A DNA stretch of 64,000 nt, taken from contig DUDU01000059.1 in NCBI GenBank assembly GCA_005110395.1, positions 5,877 to 69,876 on the forward strand, read 5' to 3'. The notes beneath the pieces are model-generated. The model did no database searches. It was not told the DNA's origin and saw nothing but the letters and a program-made list of their open reading frames with translations. The position numbers and the translations under genes are program-made. The DNA is from Candidatus Melainabacteria bacterium (lineage in GTDB: Bacteria; Cyanobacteriota; Vampirovibrionia; Caenarcaniphilales; Caenarcanaceae). Shown here piece by piece: positions 21,791 to 32,089 of the stretch. The first letter of the stretch is position 1; every line of letters begins with the position of its first letter.

Positions 21791-22047
21791 CTATCTTTGT
21801 TGGCATATTGTTTTATATTGAAATATTTAGTATACAAAAATATAGAAGAATGGCTAAATCATTGATAAAACAAGATAGATGTTCCTCTTCTTCTTAACAA
21901 AACTCCAACTGTCTCATCACAATACTTTTAAGAACTTTCTTATCAATTTTTCAAAAAGATACAAATCATTTCGGTTGCAGCTAAAGATAAAATCTAATGT
22001 ATTCAAATTAGCAGCAAGCATAAAAGTCAAAGCAAATTAACTCTCAA

Positions 22048-24714
22048 ATGTCAGAGATCAATTCATCTGAGAAATTCCCATCAACCGAAGAGAGAAAGAA
22101 ATATACTCCTGTTCTCAGGCAATACCTTGATGAGCGAGCCAAAGTTGGTGATGATGCTATTTTACTTTTTCGACTTGGCGATTTTTATGAATCTTTTTTC
22201 TATGATGCTGAAGTACTTGCAAAAGAATTAGAAATTGTTTTGACTGCACGCTCTGATTCTGCGCACCCAAATGGAAAAGTACCAATGGCTGGTATTCCTT
22301 TTCGCACAGCTGATGGTTATATAGCCAAACTCCTCAAAGCAGGAATCAAAGTTGCCATTTGCGAACAAGTCGGTGAAGTAACTGGCAAAGGGCCTATGCA
22401 AAGAGCGTTGACCCGTATACTGACACCTGGAACTCTCACAGAGTCAGAATATTTATCAGGCGAAAAAGCAAATTATTTAGCAGCAATATTTCCAGACAGT
22501 GACGATTGTTGGGGTTTAGCTTTTATTGATATTTCTACCGCTCAAATTAGAATAGCAGAGCTGTCAGAGAAACAATTGAGAATTGAATTGAATCGAATTG
22601 CAGCTTCAGAAATATTGGTTTCATCAACCAGAGTAAGAGATCAAGCAGGTATTTATATTGAGCAATTATTATTACCAAAAGAAGTAAATAAGTCAGATTA
22701 CTCAATCACAGGCCGAGCTCATAATTCTTTTGATTTGGAAGTCGCTAAAAGTAAAATAAAGAAACAATTTGGTGAACATTCCTTGAGTGGATTTGGCATC
22801 GTAAATTTCAAACCTGGATTGAGAGCTTTGGGAGCTATTCTGGAATATTTGGAATTTACTTATCCTGAATCAATCAAGAGCCTGAGACAAATTCAAATTT
22901 ACGAAACTGGCAAATATCTCAAGCTGGATGAGCAGACCATAAAAAATTTGGAAATATTCGAAACACTCAAAAACCGCACAAAGAAAGGAAGCTTGTTTGG
23001 TTTGCTTGAAAGTGAAATCACTACCAAAATGGGCGCGCGTCTTTTGCGAGAATGGCTATCACTTCCGCTGCTCAGAGTGAATGAGATTAAGCAAAGACAA
23101 TTAGCCATAAAGCAATTACTAAGTTCAAATCAACTTAGAAGCAAAATAAAAGAAGCTCTCAATGGAGTTTCAGATCTAGAACGCTTAGCCGTTAAGCTAG
23201 ACTCGGGTAAGCTCAATCCACGAGAATTAGGCTGGATTAAAAATTCATTACTCAAATTACCATTTATTGGGTCGCTTTCTGCTGAATTGGTTTCACCCCC
23301 CAGCCTGACTGGAAAGTACCCCCCAACCCCCTTAACAGGGGGAGAAACAATCAGTAACACAATTGATGAATTAGTAAACGAAGCAGCTAAATTATTTGCT
23401 ATCAACTTAAATCCCGATTTAATCAGAAAAGCCGAAGAATTAAATAAAGCTTTGCTAGATGAATTGCCAGTTATCAGCTCAGAAGGAGGCATTATCCAAT
23501 CTGGCTATAGCTTTAAAATGGACGAAATCAAAGCTTTGGTTGAACACAATGAAGCCTGGTTGCAAAAATATGAAAATACCGAAAGAGAAAAAACAGGGAT
23601 CAGAGCGCTGAAAGTTGCCTTCAATAAAGCCGCGGGTTTTTATATTGAAATCAGCAAAGCCAACAAAGACCTAGTACCAGCAGACTATAAAATAAAGCAA
23701 AATCTGACAAATATTGACCGCTACTTAACGCCTGAATTGAAAGAATATGAAGCGAAGTTTTTGGCGGCGGAGTCACAATTGCAAGGAATTGAATATGAGA
23801 TTTTTTGCTTTCTGAGAGATACTCTTGCCGCACATGCTGAAGAAATTAGAGAGATAAGCAAAAGCATAGCGAGTATAGATTGCTTGATTGCGCTTGCTGA
23901 AATTGCACAAGCTAATAAATATATTTGTCCTGAAATCAATGATTCAAATGAATTGAGAATTGAAAATGGTCGCCATCCAGTTATAGAGCAAGCTATGCCG
24001 AATGGCAGATTTGTTGGTAATGATTTGGAGCTTATTAGTGTTAATCCTAATGAAGAAGTCAGTGAGACACCGCAAGTAATGATCTTGACTGGGCCGAATA
24101 TGTCAGGCAAGTCGACTTTCATGAAGCAAAATGCATTATTAGTTTTACTTGCGCAAATCGGCAGTTATATACCCGCAAATTCTGCCACAATTGGAATAGT
24201 CGATCGCATATTCACACGTATTAGCTCATCCGATGATTTGAGTCAAGGACAATCAACTTTTATGGTTGAAATGACAGAAACCGCTTATTTGCTAAACAAT
24301 ATGACCGATCGAAGTTTGATTTTATTAGATGAAATTGGTCGTGGAACAAGCACTTATGACGGGGTAGCAATTGCTTGGGCTGTGGTGGAATATTTAGCAA
24401 AGAAAGGGCCACGTACAATTTTTGCAACGCATTATCACGAACTGAATGGCCTAACTGATTTATTCAAGCAAATTGTGAATTATCAGGTTTCGGTTTATGA
24501 AAGTGATGAAGAATTGACTTTTCTCTACAAGGTAATTCCTGGAGGAGCCGATCGTAGCTATGGAATTCAGGTTGCAAAAATGGCTGGTCTTCCAACAACG
24601 GTTTTGAATAGAGCGCAAGGTATTATGGCTCAAATCAATGCTAGGGAAATTCCAGCCAAAAGGCGTTCACTCATTAATGAAAGTATTGAACAAACCCGCT
24701 TAAATTTGACTTAA
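22048..24714 (+). CDS. mutS: DNA mismatch repair protein MutS
   Basis: N-terminal TPVLRQYLD...FRLGDFYE mismatch-binding domain; Walker A GPNMSGKSTFM; STFMVEMTE. Confidence 0.95.
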   Translation: MSEINSSEKFPSTEERKKYTPVLRQYLDERAKVGDDAILLFRLGDFYESFFYDAEVLAKELEIVLTARSDSAHPNGKVPMAGIPFRTADGYIAKLLKAGIKVAICEQVGEVTGKGPMQRALTRILTPGTLTESEYLSGEKANYLAAIFPDSDDCWGLAFIDISTAQIRIAELSEKQLRIELNRIAASEILVSSTRVRDQAGIYIEQLLLPKEVNKSDYSITGRAHNSFDLEVAKSKIKKQFGEHSLSGFGIVNFKPGLRALGAILEYLEFTYPESIKSLRQIQIYETGKYLKLDEQTIKNLEIFETLKNRTKKGSLFGLLESEITTKMGARLLREWLSLPLLRVNEIKQRQLAIKQLLSSNQLRSKIKEALNGVSDLERLAVKLDSGKLNPRELGWIKNSLLKLPFIGSLSAELVSPPSLTGKYPPTPLTGGETISNTIDELVNEAAKLFAINLNPDLIRKAEELNKALLDELPVISSEGGIIQSGYSFKMDEIKALVEHNEAWLQKYENTEREKTGIRALKVAFNKAAGFYIEISKANKDLVPADYKIKQNLTNIDRYLTPELKEYEAKFLAAESQLQGIEYEIFCFLRDTLAAHAEEIREISKSIASIDCLIALAEIAQANKYICPEINDSNELRIENGRHPVIEQAMPNGRFVGNDLELISVNPNEEVSETPQVMILTGPNMSGKSTFMKQNALLVLLAQIGSYIPANSATIGIVDRIFTRISSSDDLSQGQSTFMVEMTETAYLLNNMTDRSLILLDEIGRGTSTYDGVAIAWAVVEYLAKKGPRTIFATHYHELNGLTDLFKQIVNYQVSVYESDEELTFLYKVIPGGADRSYGIQVAKMAGLPTTVLNRAQGIMAQINAREIPAKRRSLINESIEQTRLNLT

Positions 24715-24905
24715 GCCTATCAATCTTTTTTTTCTATATGCCGATTTATTATTAAGAAATATTTTGAAAGAAATCAGATACTCCATATAATCTAAGAGGA
24801 ATGATTTAGGCAACTTGCACCATAATTTCAAAACTCCCAAGGCTTTCGTAACAAATTAATCGATATTGGCCTTTTAACTTAATGATTTTCTAATGTCTAA
24901 AGAAG

Positions 24906-26753
24906 CTAATAATTTGCTGTTTGAAAAACATAATATTTACCGTCTTGAGCTATTAATCCATGAGCATATAAATGAGGATATTTCAGTCTTATTGAGTCCA
25001 AATGAGATTTGGTAACAACTATTAGACTATTAGAAGCTTTTACTATTTTCTCGGTAGATTCTGGCAAATGACATGAATGTGAAATCGATTTATGCGAGCA
25101 GGTTTTGAAGCATTGGCTGACCAAAGTTGATTGAGTGTAAAAATACCAAGAATAAGGAATATCATCTCCCCAAAAAGAAACATGTTTAGAAGCATAATCA
25201 GGAAGTTTTGTTTTTATGTCTTGGAGAACAGCTTTCATCGATTTATTCTCACCGATTGAGGTAGATAGTGGACCATACCAAAAAGCCATAATCGAAGGAA
25301 TTCCAATTGCTGCCACAAGAACCAATAGACAGAATATCCTCTGAGAGCGCTCTCTGACCACGAACCCAATTCCAAATGCAATGATAATCATAGTAATTGC
25401 GCAAGTCATAATAAGCAGCCTTGGCATTTGATAAGGAAAGCCAGCACTATAAGAAATAGCTCCCATTGCAATCACTAAAACTGAAAGAACTATATAAACC
25501 AAGCTCAGTGAGTGGTTAAATAAAATATTTAGAATAAAATGGCTTGAAACAATATCGTCATTTGAATATTTGCCAGTCTTGAAATTATGTATGGTTATGC
25601 TGAGAAAGCGCCCGCAAAGAATGGCCAGAGCTGGAAGAGTTCCCACCAAATAAGTCATTAGAATTGAGCGAGCCATAGTAAAGAATAATGGAGAAAAAAT
25701 AGCCCAACTCAAAATGAAAGAAACACGAAAAGGTAAATTATTAAGTCTTGTAAAAAGTGTTTTGATTATTTCAAAAGGCTTAAAAGAAGAATCTTGAGAA
25801 AGACTTGGTGCAAAATATTGCTTCCAAAGTGCAAATAGAAAAGGTAAAAGAAAAAAACTCCAAGGTATAAATGCACCTAATCCAAAAAGCCATGACATTC
25901 CATGAGGCTTAACATGTCCATTTCCATAACGATCTCCATAGTTTTTGATCAAATAACGTCCAAAATTTTCTTGCAGGAAAAAATATGACAGAAAATCAGG
26001 ATTAGCTTTTTGTACAGCTAGGTACCATGGAATTGCAAGAACTATGCCTATTACAAAAACAATAATCCAATTAACGGCGAAAGCATATTTTATAGTTTTG
26101 TTCCAACCTTGAGATATACCATGAATAAATAAAACCCCAAGAAACAAGACAATTGAGAGAGGTCCTTTATTCAGCATCCCCAGGCCAAAGAAAATACCTA
26201 AAGAAATTTCATAAAGAAACTTTTGCCAGGGTTGTTTTTGCTCTTTTGCTTTTAATATCGATAAATAAGCCCAAATACTTCCAGTCAAAGTAAGACAAAC
26301 CATCATATCCAAGCTAACCGTGCCTGCTTGTATAAAAAAGAAAATGCAGGAATTTAATACTAAGGTTGAAAGAATGGCAGTACGCTTGTCGTAAAGCTTT
26401 CTGCCGATGAGGAAAGTAAATAAAAGCGTTAATAAACTCTCTAGAAAATTAGGAAATCTAGCGGCAAATTCATTACTTCCAAAAAATTTATATGAAGTTG
26501 CAATGAGCCAGAAAGAAAGAGGCGGCTTGCCAAGAAAAGGTTCATCAAAAAAAGGAAGTCTAGGCGTTATCCAATCCTGGTGAAGAATTATTTCCTGAGC
26601 AATACTTGCATAACGAGTCTCTGTCGTATCGAATAGTGGCGAGAGGCTTAAAGAAATCAATCTGAGAAAAACCGTAAATGCCAAAACTAGAAAACACAAA
26701 ATGAAAAAATAGTTTTTTGACTTTTCTTTAGTCTTTTTGATTTCAGAACTCAT
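24906..26753 (-). CDS. GT-C glycosyltransferase, family 39/83 (ArnT/PMT_2-like)
   Basis: TTETRYASIAQEI...PFLGKPPLSFWLIA loop 1; polytopic, 615 aa. Confidence 0.8.
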   Translation of the reverse strand: MSSEIKKTKEKSKNYFFILCFLVLAFTVFLRLISLSLSPLFDTTETRYASIAQEIILHQDWITPRLPFFDEPFLGKPPLSFWLIATSYKFFGSNEFAARFPNFLESLLTLLFTFLIGRKLYDKRTAILSTLVLNSCIFFFIQAGTVSLDMMVCLTLTGSIWAYLSILKAKEQKQPWQKFLYEISLGIFFGLGMLNKGPLSIVLFLGVLFIHGISQGWNKTIKYAFAVNWIIVFVIGIVLAIPWYLAVQKANPDFLSYFFLQENFGRYLIKNYGDRYGNGHVKPHGMSWLFGLGAFIPWSFFLLPFLFALWKQYFAPSLSQDSSFKPFEIIKTLFTRLNNLPFRVSFILSWAIFSPLFFTMARSILMTYLVGTLPALAILCGRFLSITIHNFKTGKYSNDDIVSSHFILNILFNHSLSLVYIVLSVLVIAMGAISYSAGFPYQMPRLLIMTCAITMIIIAFGIGFVVRERSQRIFCLLVLVAAIGIPSIMAFWYGPLSTSIGENKSMKAVLQDIKTKLPDYASKHVSFWGDDIPYSWYFYTQSTLVSQCFKTCSHKSISHSCHLPESTEKIVKASNSLIVVTKSHLDSIRLKYPHLYAHGLIAQDGKYYVFQTANY

Positions 26754-26860
26754 TAATTATTACTTTGTAAAGATTTGTCTTTATCAGAGGTTGTGATTTT
26801 GAAGTAGACAATTCTAGGTTATATTTCTAGATTCGATAACGCAAATTATCAAACTTTCAG

Positions 26861-27781
26861 ATGTTGACAATCTATTCACCTCAAACCTTACCAAAAGTCA
26901 ATTTTTTTTCAAAAGAAAATAGTCATTGCTTGACTTTTCAAACACAAGGACTCCAATCTCAGGCTCAATCTGCTATCTCACAAAATTACCAGAACCTTAA
27001 TACGACCTATGATACTGGCATTGCCGATGAAGAAACTCTGGAGGAAGAAGCCCTAAAAGCTGAAGCAAAGCAAATCAGAAATTGTTTGGGCATTTTAGCT
27101 AGCTTTGCAGGATTAATTGGTGTTGGCTTATTATCTCGTTCTGGAATGCTTGGTGAATTAGAAGCCATTGAAGGACCTCTCGTAATTCTTTTGGACTTAA
27201 TCACTTCAATTTTTACGGCTTATGATTTAATTCCTTTCGCGGAGCAAATAGGACAAGTCTTTCATAAGCTCAATCAATCTATTAGTAGTTTAATATCTCA
27301 TCCATTCGAAGCTCTAAAGAATCTAGCATCTATTGCTTTACCAATTGTATTTGCTGTTAATTGGTTTAAGAATTTCAGACCTAAAATACTCAAAAAAGAA
27401 GTTCCGTCAGTTGCGGCATTTCACATTATCAGAGCTCATTTAACCAATGCCGTTATCGACTCACCCATTGCTTTTGGTAGCTGGTTTGCTCGCACTTCTT
27501 TGGTGAAAATATTCTCTTCTATTGCTGTTGCGGGAGGAGTTAGAAAATATTTGAATAAATTAAAGTCAATCAAATTAAGACATTTATCTTTTAAACAAGA
27601 AATTTTGAATGTTATTCCTTCTTTCGCTTTCTTGAAAACAAAAGTTTCTCAAAGCCTGCTTTACTTTGTCTTAGCAGCGCTTACCCCACTAAGAGGTTTA
27701 ATTGTTTGTGATGTTCATGAATTGTTTGATGCAATTGGCTCATTAGGTGGGCTTTTGAAGAAAAACCAAATAGATAATTAA
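26861..27781 (+). CDS. Hypothetical membrane-associated protein (306 aa)
   Basis: ORF with two hydrophobic stretches; no homolog recognised. Confidence 0.45.
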   Translation: MLTIYSPQTLPKVNFFSKENSHCLTFQTQGLQSQAQSAISQNYQNLNTTYDTGIADEETLEEEALKAEAKQIRNCLGILASFAGLIGVGLLSRSGMLGELEAIEGPLVILLDLITSIFTAYDLIPFAEQIGQVFHKLNQSISSLISHPFEALKNLASIALPIVFAVNWFKNFRPKILKKEVPSVAAFHIIRAHLTNAVIDSPIAFGSWFARTSLVKIFSSIAVAGGVRKYLNKLKSIKLRHLSFKQEILNVIPSFAFLKTKVSQSLLYFVLAALTPLRGLIVCDVHELFDAIGSLGGLLKKNQIDN

Positions 27782-27833
27782 CCATTACCAAAAAGCTTTC
27801 AAAACATAGCTGTGAAATTTCAAGATAGTTTTT

Positions 27834-28691
27834 ATGCAAAAGAAATCATTTATCTCTTTAATTAGTGTTCTTACATTATGCTTGACATTGCCTATATGCT
27901 CAGATGAAGCTTCAGAATGGGGATATGCAAAGTCGACAGGTTCAGACAATTGGTCCAAAATCAAAACTGAATATGAGCAATGCAAACAAGGTCATCATCA
28001 ATCCCCAGTAAATATTAAAAGCTTTGTATATAAGAAAGATAATAATTTCAATATTCAATTTAATTACAAGTCTTCCCATGAAGTCATTCTCAATAATGGA
28101 CATACAGTAGAGCTTTTATATGATGAAGGTAGCTATATAACTTTTCAAGGAAGCCAATACCGATTGATTCAATTTCATTTTCATACTCCTTCTGAGCATT
28201 TAGTCAAAGGAAAGCATTATCCTCTCGAAATGCATTTAGTTCATAAAAATATAGACAATTCATCTTATTTGGTTATAGCGGTTTTCTTTGAAAGAGGTAA
28301 AGAAGATAAATTCTTGAATGAATTTATTCATGATGTACCAAAAAAGTTAGACAAAAAAGAATTTGCAAAAAACATTAGCGTAGTAGATCTTTTAACTGAT
28401 ATTGAGACTGAATCAAGCCTGCAAAAGGATTTACTAAAGCCAAAACAAAATCAATCACTTACAAAAATTAATATCAGTAGAATAATTCAAGCAAAAGCTA
28501 AATTCTGGACATATGAAGGTTCACTTACAACCCCACCATGTACCGAATCCGTGAGATGGGTTATTCTAGAACATCCCTTAACCGCTTCTGCTGAACAAAT
28601 AGAAAAGCTTAGAAAAGCAGAAGGTATAAATGCTAGACATACACAAAAGCTTTATGAGAGAAAAGTTGAAGAATTCATTAATGCCGTTTGA
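27834..28691 (+). CDS. Alpha-class carbonic anhydrase, secreted
   Basis: Signal peptide; WGY...QSPVNI; zinc-ligand His in HFHTPSEH and EMHLVH. Confidence 0.85.
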   Translation: MQKKSFISLISVLTLCLTLPICSDEASEWGYAKSTGSDNWSKIKTEYEQCKQGHHQSPVNIKSFVYKKDNNFNIQFNYKSSHEVILNNGHTVELLYDEGSYITFQGSQYRLIQFHFHTPSEHLVKGKHYPLEMHLVHKNIDNSSYLVIAVFFERGKEDKFLNEFIHDVPKKLDKKEFAKNISVVDLLTDIETESSLQKDLLKPKQNQSLTKINISRIIQAKAKFWTYEGSLTTPPCTESVRWVILEHPLTASAEQIEKLRKAEGINARHTQKLYERKVEEFINAV

Positions 28692-28827
28692 TCTAAGTTA
28701 AAGGCAGTATTTTTTATTGAAGATAAATGTATGAACTCACTAGATCATGAAAACATTTAAATGAACTGATAAAATCAACTCATTCAGTTAAATCATTAAT
28801 TCCTTTAAGTCAAATTTTTGAAAAGTT

Positions 28828-29205
28828 ATGAGCAAGAAATTCTTTTGGGGTAAAAAATATGTTCTCAGTAGCGGTAGAGAAATAGATATAAGCAGCGAAG
28901 AAGAAACCCAAGGTGTAGTTTCAAGTTTAGCCATATTAAATCATCTTGATTCTGTGCACGAGATTACAAAACCAATTTCGATTAGAATGCAATGGGATAG
29001 TCCAAACAGCGATCCAGTATTATCCATTGAATGTCGCGGAGGAGCCCCTGGTGACACAAGACCAGTTAGTGAGTCAGAAATGCCAGTTGAAGGGTTAAAT
29101 GGGCACAAAGATAAATTGAAAGCTAGCGAATTGATTGAATTATTTGATGTGATGAATAAAGTACATCAGAAGATCAGAAAAGAATTGAATCAAACTGCAG
29201 TTTAA
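28828..29205 (+). CDS. Hypothetical protein (125 aa)
   Basis: ORF only; lies just upstream of the putative restriction-like gene. Confidence 0.4.
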   Translation: MSKKFFWGKKYVLSSGREIDISSEEETQGVVSSLAILNHLDSVHEITKPISIRMQWDSPNSDPVLSIECRGGAPGDTRPVSESEMPVEGLNGHKDKLKASELIELFDVMNKVHQKIRKELNQTAV

Positions 29206-29296
29206 GACTGTTTAAATTGAGAGCTTTAAGCAATTCGGTTTTGCTGAAATTGTAAAAACGGGATTTAATTGATTTATTTGTTAATGAAATGAATTT

Positions 29297-30883
29297 ATGC
29301 CTTTCAATCATTTCGCCTGGAATAATTACAAACAGACAAATAGATATACAGAAATTTGTAATTTATTTTCTTCTGGTTCTATTAATACTTTCAATCTAGA
29401 GAGGGAAATCTTTGATGCCTATTTCAATAATTTCAAGGAAATACTAAGTGATGGACCTGCTATTTCCAGCATTGATGATGCTTTTGGCTTTTATTTGAAT
29501 TCTGTAATGGAATTTGAAGACATTACTCTTTCTGATGAATATGAAGAAAAATTTGGTGCTGAAATAGGATCAGAAGAAGGCATTGAATGGACTCAACAAA
29601 AATGGTTAGAAGAACGTAAAAAAGAAAATAAAAATGAAAGACTTTATATCAGGATCAATGGGAATATTGCCGAAATCAGTTCTGCTTTGTTTAAATCAGA
29701 ACCTGAATACTTTCTTCCATATTTCTACAATCCATTTATCAAGTTAGACTTTTTGCAAAAAGAGAAATTCGATTTAAGTTTTGATTTATTTCAGAAGATT
29801 TGTAATGAGTTTGACATCAATCTCTTGGAGACACCAGCGAAAACTGAATTAATTGATAGGGCTTCTTATTACATGGAAATTTGCTGCGATTTATATGATT
29901 TTCGAATTGAGCATAAATTAACACCAATTGAAATGTGTGCTTTTTTGTATGATTTTGCTCCTAAATTTTGTGAAGAAACTAGGGATAAAGATTTACCATC
30001 ACCTTTGCGAGTATGGCTTATTAAAGGAGCTCACGGTGGGGAACAGGATTTTAATTGGCTTGAACAAAATACAGGAAGCAATACTCGTACTTATTGGAAT
30101 GGAAATATAAGAACAAAAAGAGGAGATATACTCCTTATGTATTGTGTTTCTCCATATTCTTATATTCATTCGATTTGGAGAGCAAACTGCGATGGCTTCG
30201 TCAATCCATTCTTTTATTTTCATAATCAAATTGAAATAACTAATGGAATTAAAGTACCAACAATTTCCTTTCTAGAATTACAAAAAACTGAGTTGATTTC
30301 TGTTAAGCCTGAAATGAAGGCAAAGCTCCAAACTAATACTGGAGGAATTGAATTCAGCAATTCAGAATATTGTGAATTACAAAATCTTCTTCAAAAAAAA
30401 GGATTTGATACTTCTTGTTTGGAACAACTTCCATTCTCTGATATAGCTCTTGAAATGAATATCAATGATGAATTGGATGTGGAAGACAAGCTATTAGAAC
30501 CATTATTAAAAGAGTTGGGGTTTACAGAAAGAGACTGGATTAGGCAGCACTCAATAAGAATAGGAACAAGAGAAAGAATTATTCCTGATTATATTTTTGG
30601 TTTAAAAGTAAATAAAGAAAATGAAATAGCAAAAATGATTATAGAGGCAAAGTTTAGATACCAAAAAGCCACATTGAAAGAACAGGAAATGCATTTCAAA
30701 CAAGCTCGTTCATATGCCTTAAACCTTCAATCATCAAAATTATTAATTGCAGATAAAGATGGGTTAGTTTGGTTTTACAAAGTGAACAATGATTTCGATA
30801 AAAATAATGTTGAGGTCTTTTCTTGGCCTGCCTTAAAATCTCCAGAAACTTTTCAAAAATTAAAAATATTGGTGAATGAATAA
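29297..30883 (+). CDS. Three-domain protein: unknown N-terminal domain, PUA-like (EVE-like) domain, C-terminal HsdR-N-type PD-(D/E)xK nuclease domain; putative modification-dependent (type IV-like) restriction endonuclease
   Basis: C-terminus LLEPLLKELGFTERDWIRQHSI...IIPDYIFGL...KMIIEAKF...QARSYA fits the HSDR_N/HSDR_N_2 PD..ExK pattern. Middle VWLIKGAHGG..W...TYWNGNIRTKRGDILLMYCVSP..IHSIW resembles EVE/PUA-like domains. Confidence 0.6.
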   Translation: MPFNHFAWNNYKQTNRYTEICNLFSSGSINTFNLEREIFDAYFNNFKEILSDGPAISSIDDAFGFYLNSVMEFEDITLSDEYEEKFGAEIGSEEGIEWTQQKWLEERKKENKNERLYIRINGNIAEISSALFKSEPEYFLPYFYNPFIKLDFLQKEKFDLSFDLFQKICNEFDINLLETPAKTELIDRASYYMEICCDLYDFRIEHKLTPIEMCAFLYDFAPKFCEETRDKDLPSPLRVWLIKGAHGGEQDFNWLEQNTGSNTRTYWNGNIRTKRGDILLMYCVSPYSYIHSIWRANCDGFVNPFFYFHNQIEITNGIKVPTISFLELQKTELISVKPEMKAKLQTNTGGIEFSNSEYCELQNLLQKKGFDTSCLEQLPFSDIALEMNINDELDVEDKLLEPLLKELGFTERDWIRQHSIRIGTRERIIPDYIFGLKVNKENEIAKMIIEAKFRYQKATLKEQEMHFKQARSYALNLQSSKLLIADKDGLVWFYKVNNDFDKNNVEVFSWPALKSPETFQKLKILVNE

Positions 30884-30896
30884 CTAAGTCAATCTT

Positions 30897-31568
30897 TCAA
30901 TCACAGATTGCTCTAAGCTCTTTAATGGCTTGTAAAGGATTATCTGTATTGTAAACCGCATTTCCTGCCACCAAAATACTAGCTCCTACTTTGGTCACTA
31001 ATGGAGCTGTTTCTTTATTGATTCCACCATCAACCTCAATCTGAATATGACTTAGTTTAAGCTCATTCAAACGCACTTTGAGAGTAGCAATTTTATTAAC
31101 TGAAAAATTTATAAATTTCTGGGCTGGAAAGCCTGGATTGACGCTCATAATCGTAATAACATCGATCAATTCACCCAAATACTCAAGCGAACATAATTCA
31201 ATTGGGGTTGATGGATTAAGCGCTAGCCCAGTTTGTATTCCTTGATCTTTGAGTTTAGAAAGAGTTCTATGCAAATGTAGACAAGTTTCAGGGTGAACAA
31301 CAATGCGATCTGAGCCAGCCTTTACAAAATCATCAATCAATTCATCTGGATTGGTTACCATTAAATGACTTTCAAAAAAGAGCTTAGATGATTTGCGCAA
31401 AGATTTAACCACGCAAGGTCCAATTGTCAGATTCGGCACATAATGCCCATCCATGACATCAATGTGTAATAAATCTGCACCATTTAGCTGCTCAACTTTT
31501 TGAATATCTTCCCCCAGTTTGGAGAAATCAGCCGACAGAATAGATGGTGCAATTTGAATATTCATTTT
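30897..31568 (-). CDS. rpe: Ribulose-phosphate 3-epimerase
   Basis: MNIQIAPSILSADF...HIDVMDGHYVPNLT. Start moved to the internal Met; the longer ORF would overlap the upstream lipoprotein gene. Confidence 0.9.
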   Translation of the reverse strand, partial: KMNIQIAPSILSADFSKLGEDIQKVEQLNGADLLHIDVMDGHYVPNLTIGPCVVKSLRKSSKLFFESHLMVTNPDELIDDFVKAGSDRIVVHPETCLHLHRTLSKLKDQGIQTGLALNPSTPIELCSLEYLGELIDVITIMSVNPGFPAQKFINFSVNKIATLKVRLNELKLSHIQIEVDGGINKETAPLVTKVGASILVAGNAVYNTDNPLQAIKELRAICD

Positions 31569-31585
31569 TGTTTCAATTATTTTAA

Positions 31586-32059
31586 TTATTGCTTCACAGC
31601 ATCCCAAGTTCCGCCCCAGTCAGAGCCAATAGACCAATTACCATTAATTTGGGACTTCTGCATTTTTCCAGTATAGTCCACTGAATGACCACCTGGGAAT
31701 TTATAGGTTTTAATAAAGCTTATGCTCCTTTTGCTACAAGTTCCTTCAACGCTAGATTCAAATTCTTTCAAATCAGCTGGTCCCCAATTTGTGCGCGACT
31801 CAATTACTTGTCCTGAAAAGTGATTTCCTTGAATTGAATCTATGGATAAAGCAAAATCAGTGGAAATATTTCTTGATGATTCATCACTATAAAAATACTT
31901 GCCTTTCCATTTTCCTTGCAGATATTCAGGACAATTGGAATTAACTTTTAGAATACCGTCAGAAGAATTGATTGAAGAAGAAACCCAAGAACTCATACAG
32001 GCTGTTATTGCAAGAAGACCAGCTAATAAGAGAGATTTGCTCATTGAGTCTTTCTTCAT
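31586..32059 (-). CDS. Lipoprotein (157 aa)
   Basis: LLAGLLAITAC lipobox. Confidence 0.6.
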   Translation of the reverse strand: MKKDSMSKSLLLAGLLAITACMSSWVSSSINSSDGILKVNSNCPEYLQGKWKGKYFYSDESSRNISTDFALSIDSIQGNHFSGQVIESRTNWGPADLKEFESSVEGTCSKRSISFIKTYKFPGGHSVDYTGKMQKSQINGNWSIGSDWGGTWDAVKQ

Positions 32060-32089
32060 AATGTTTATTGAACTATCTAGTGTGAAAAA

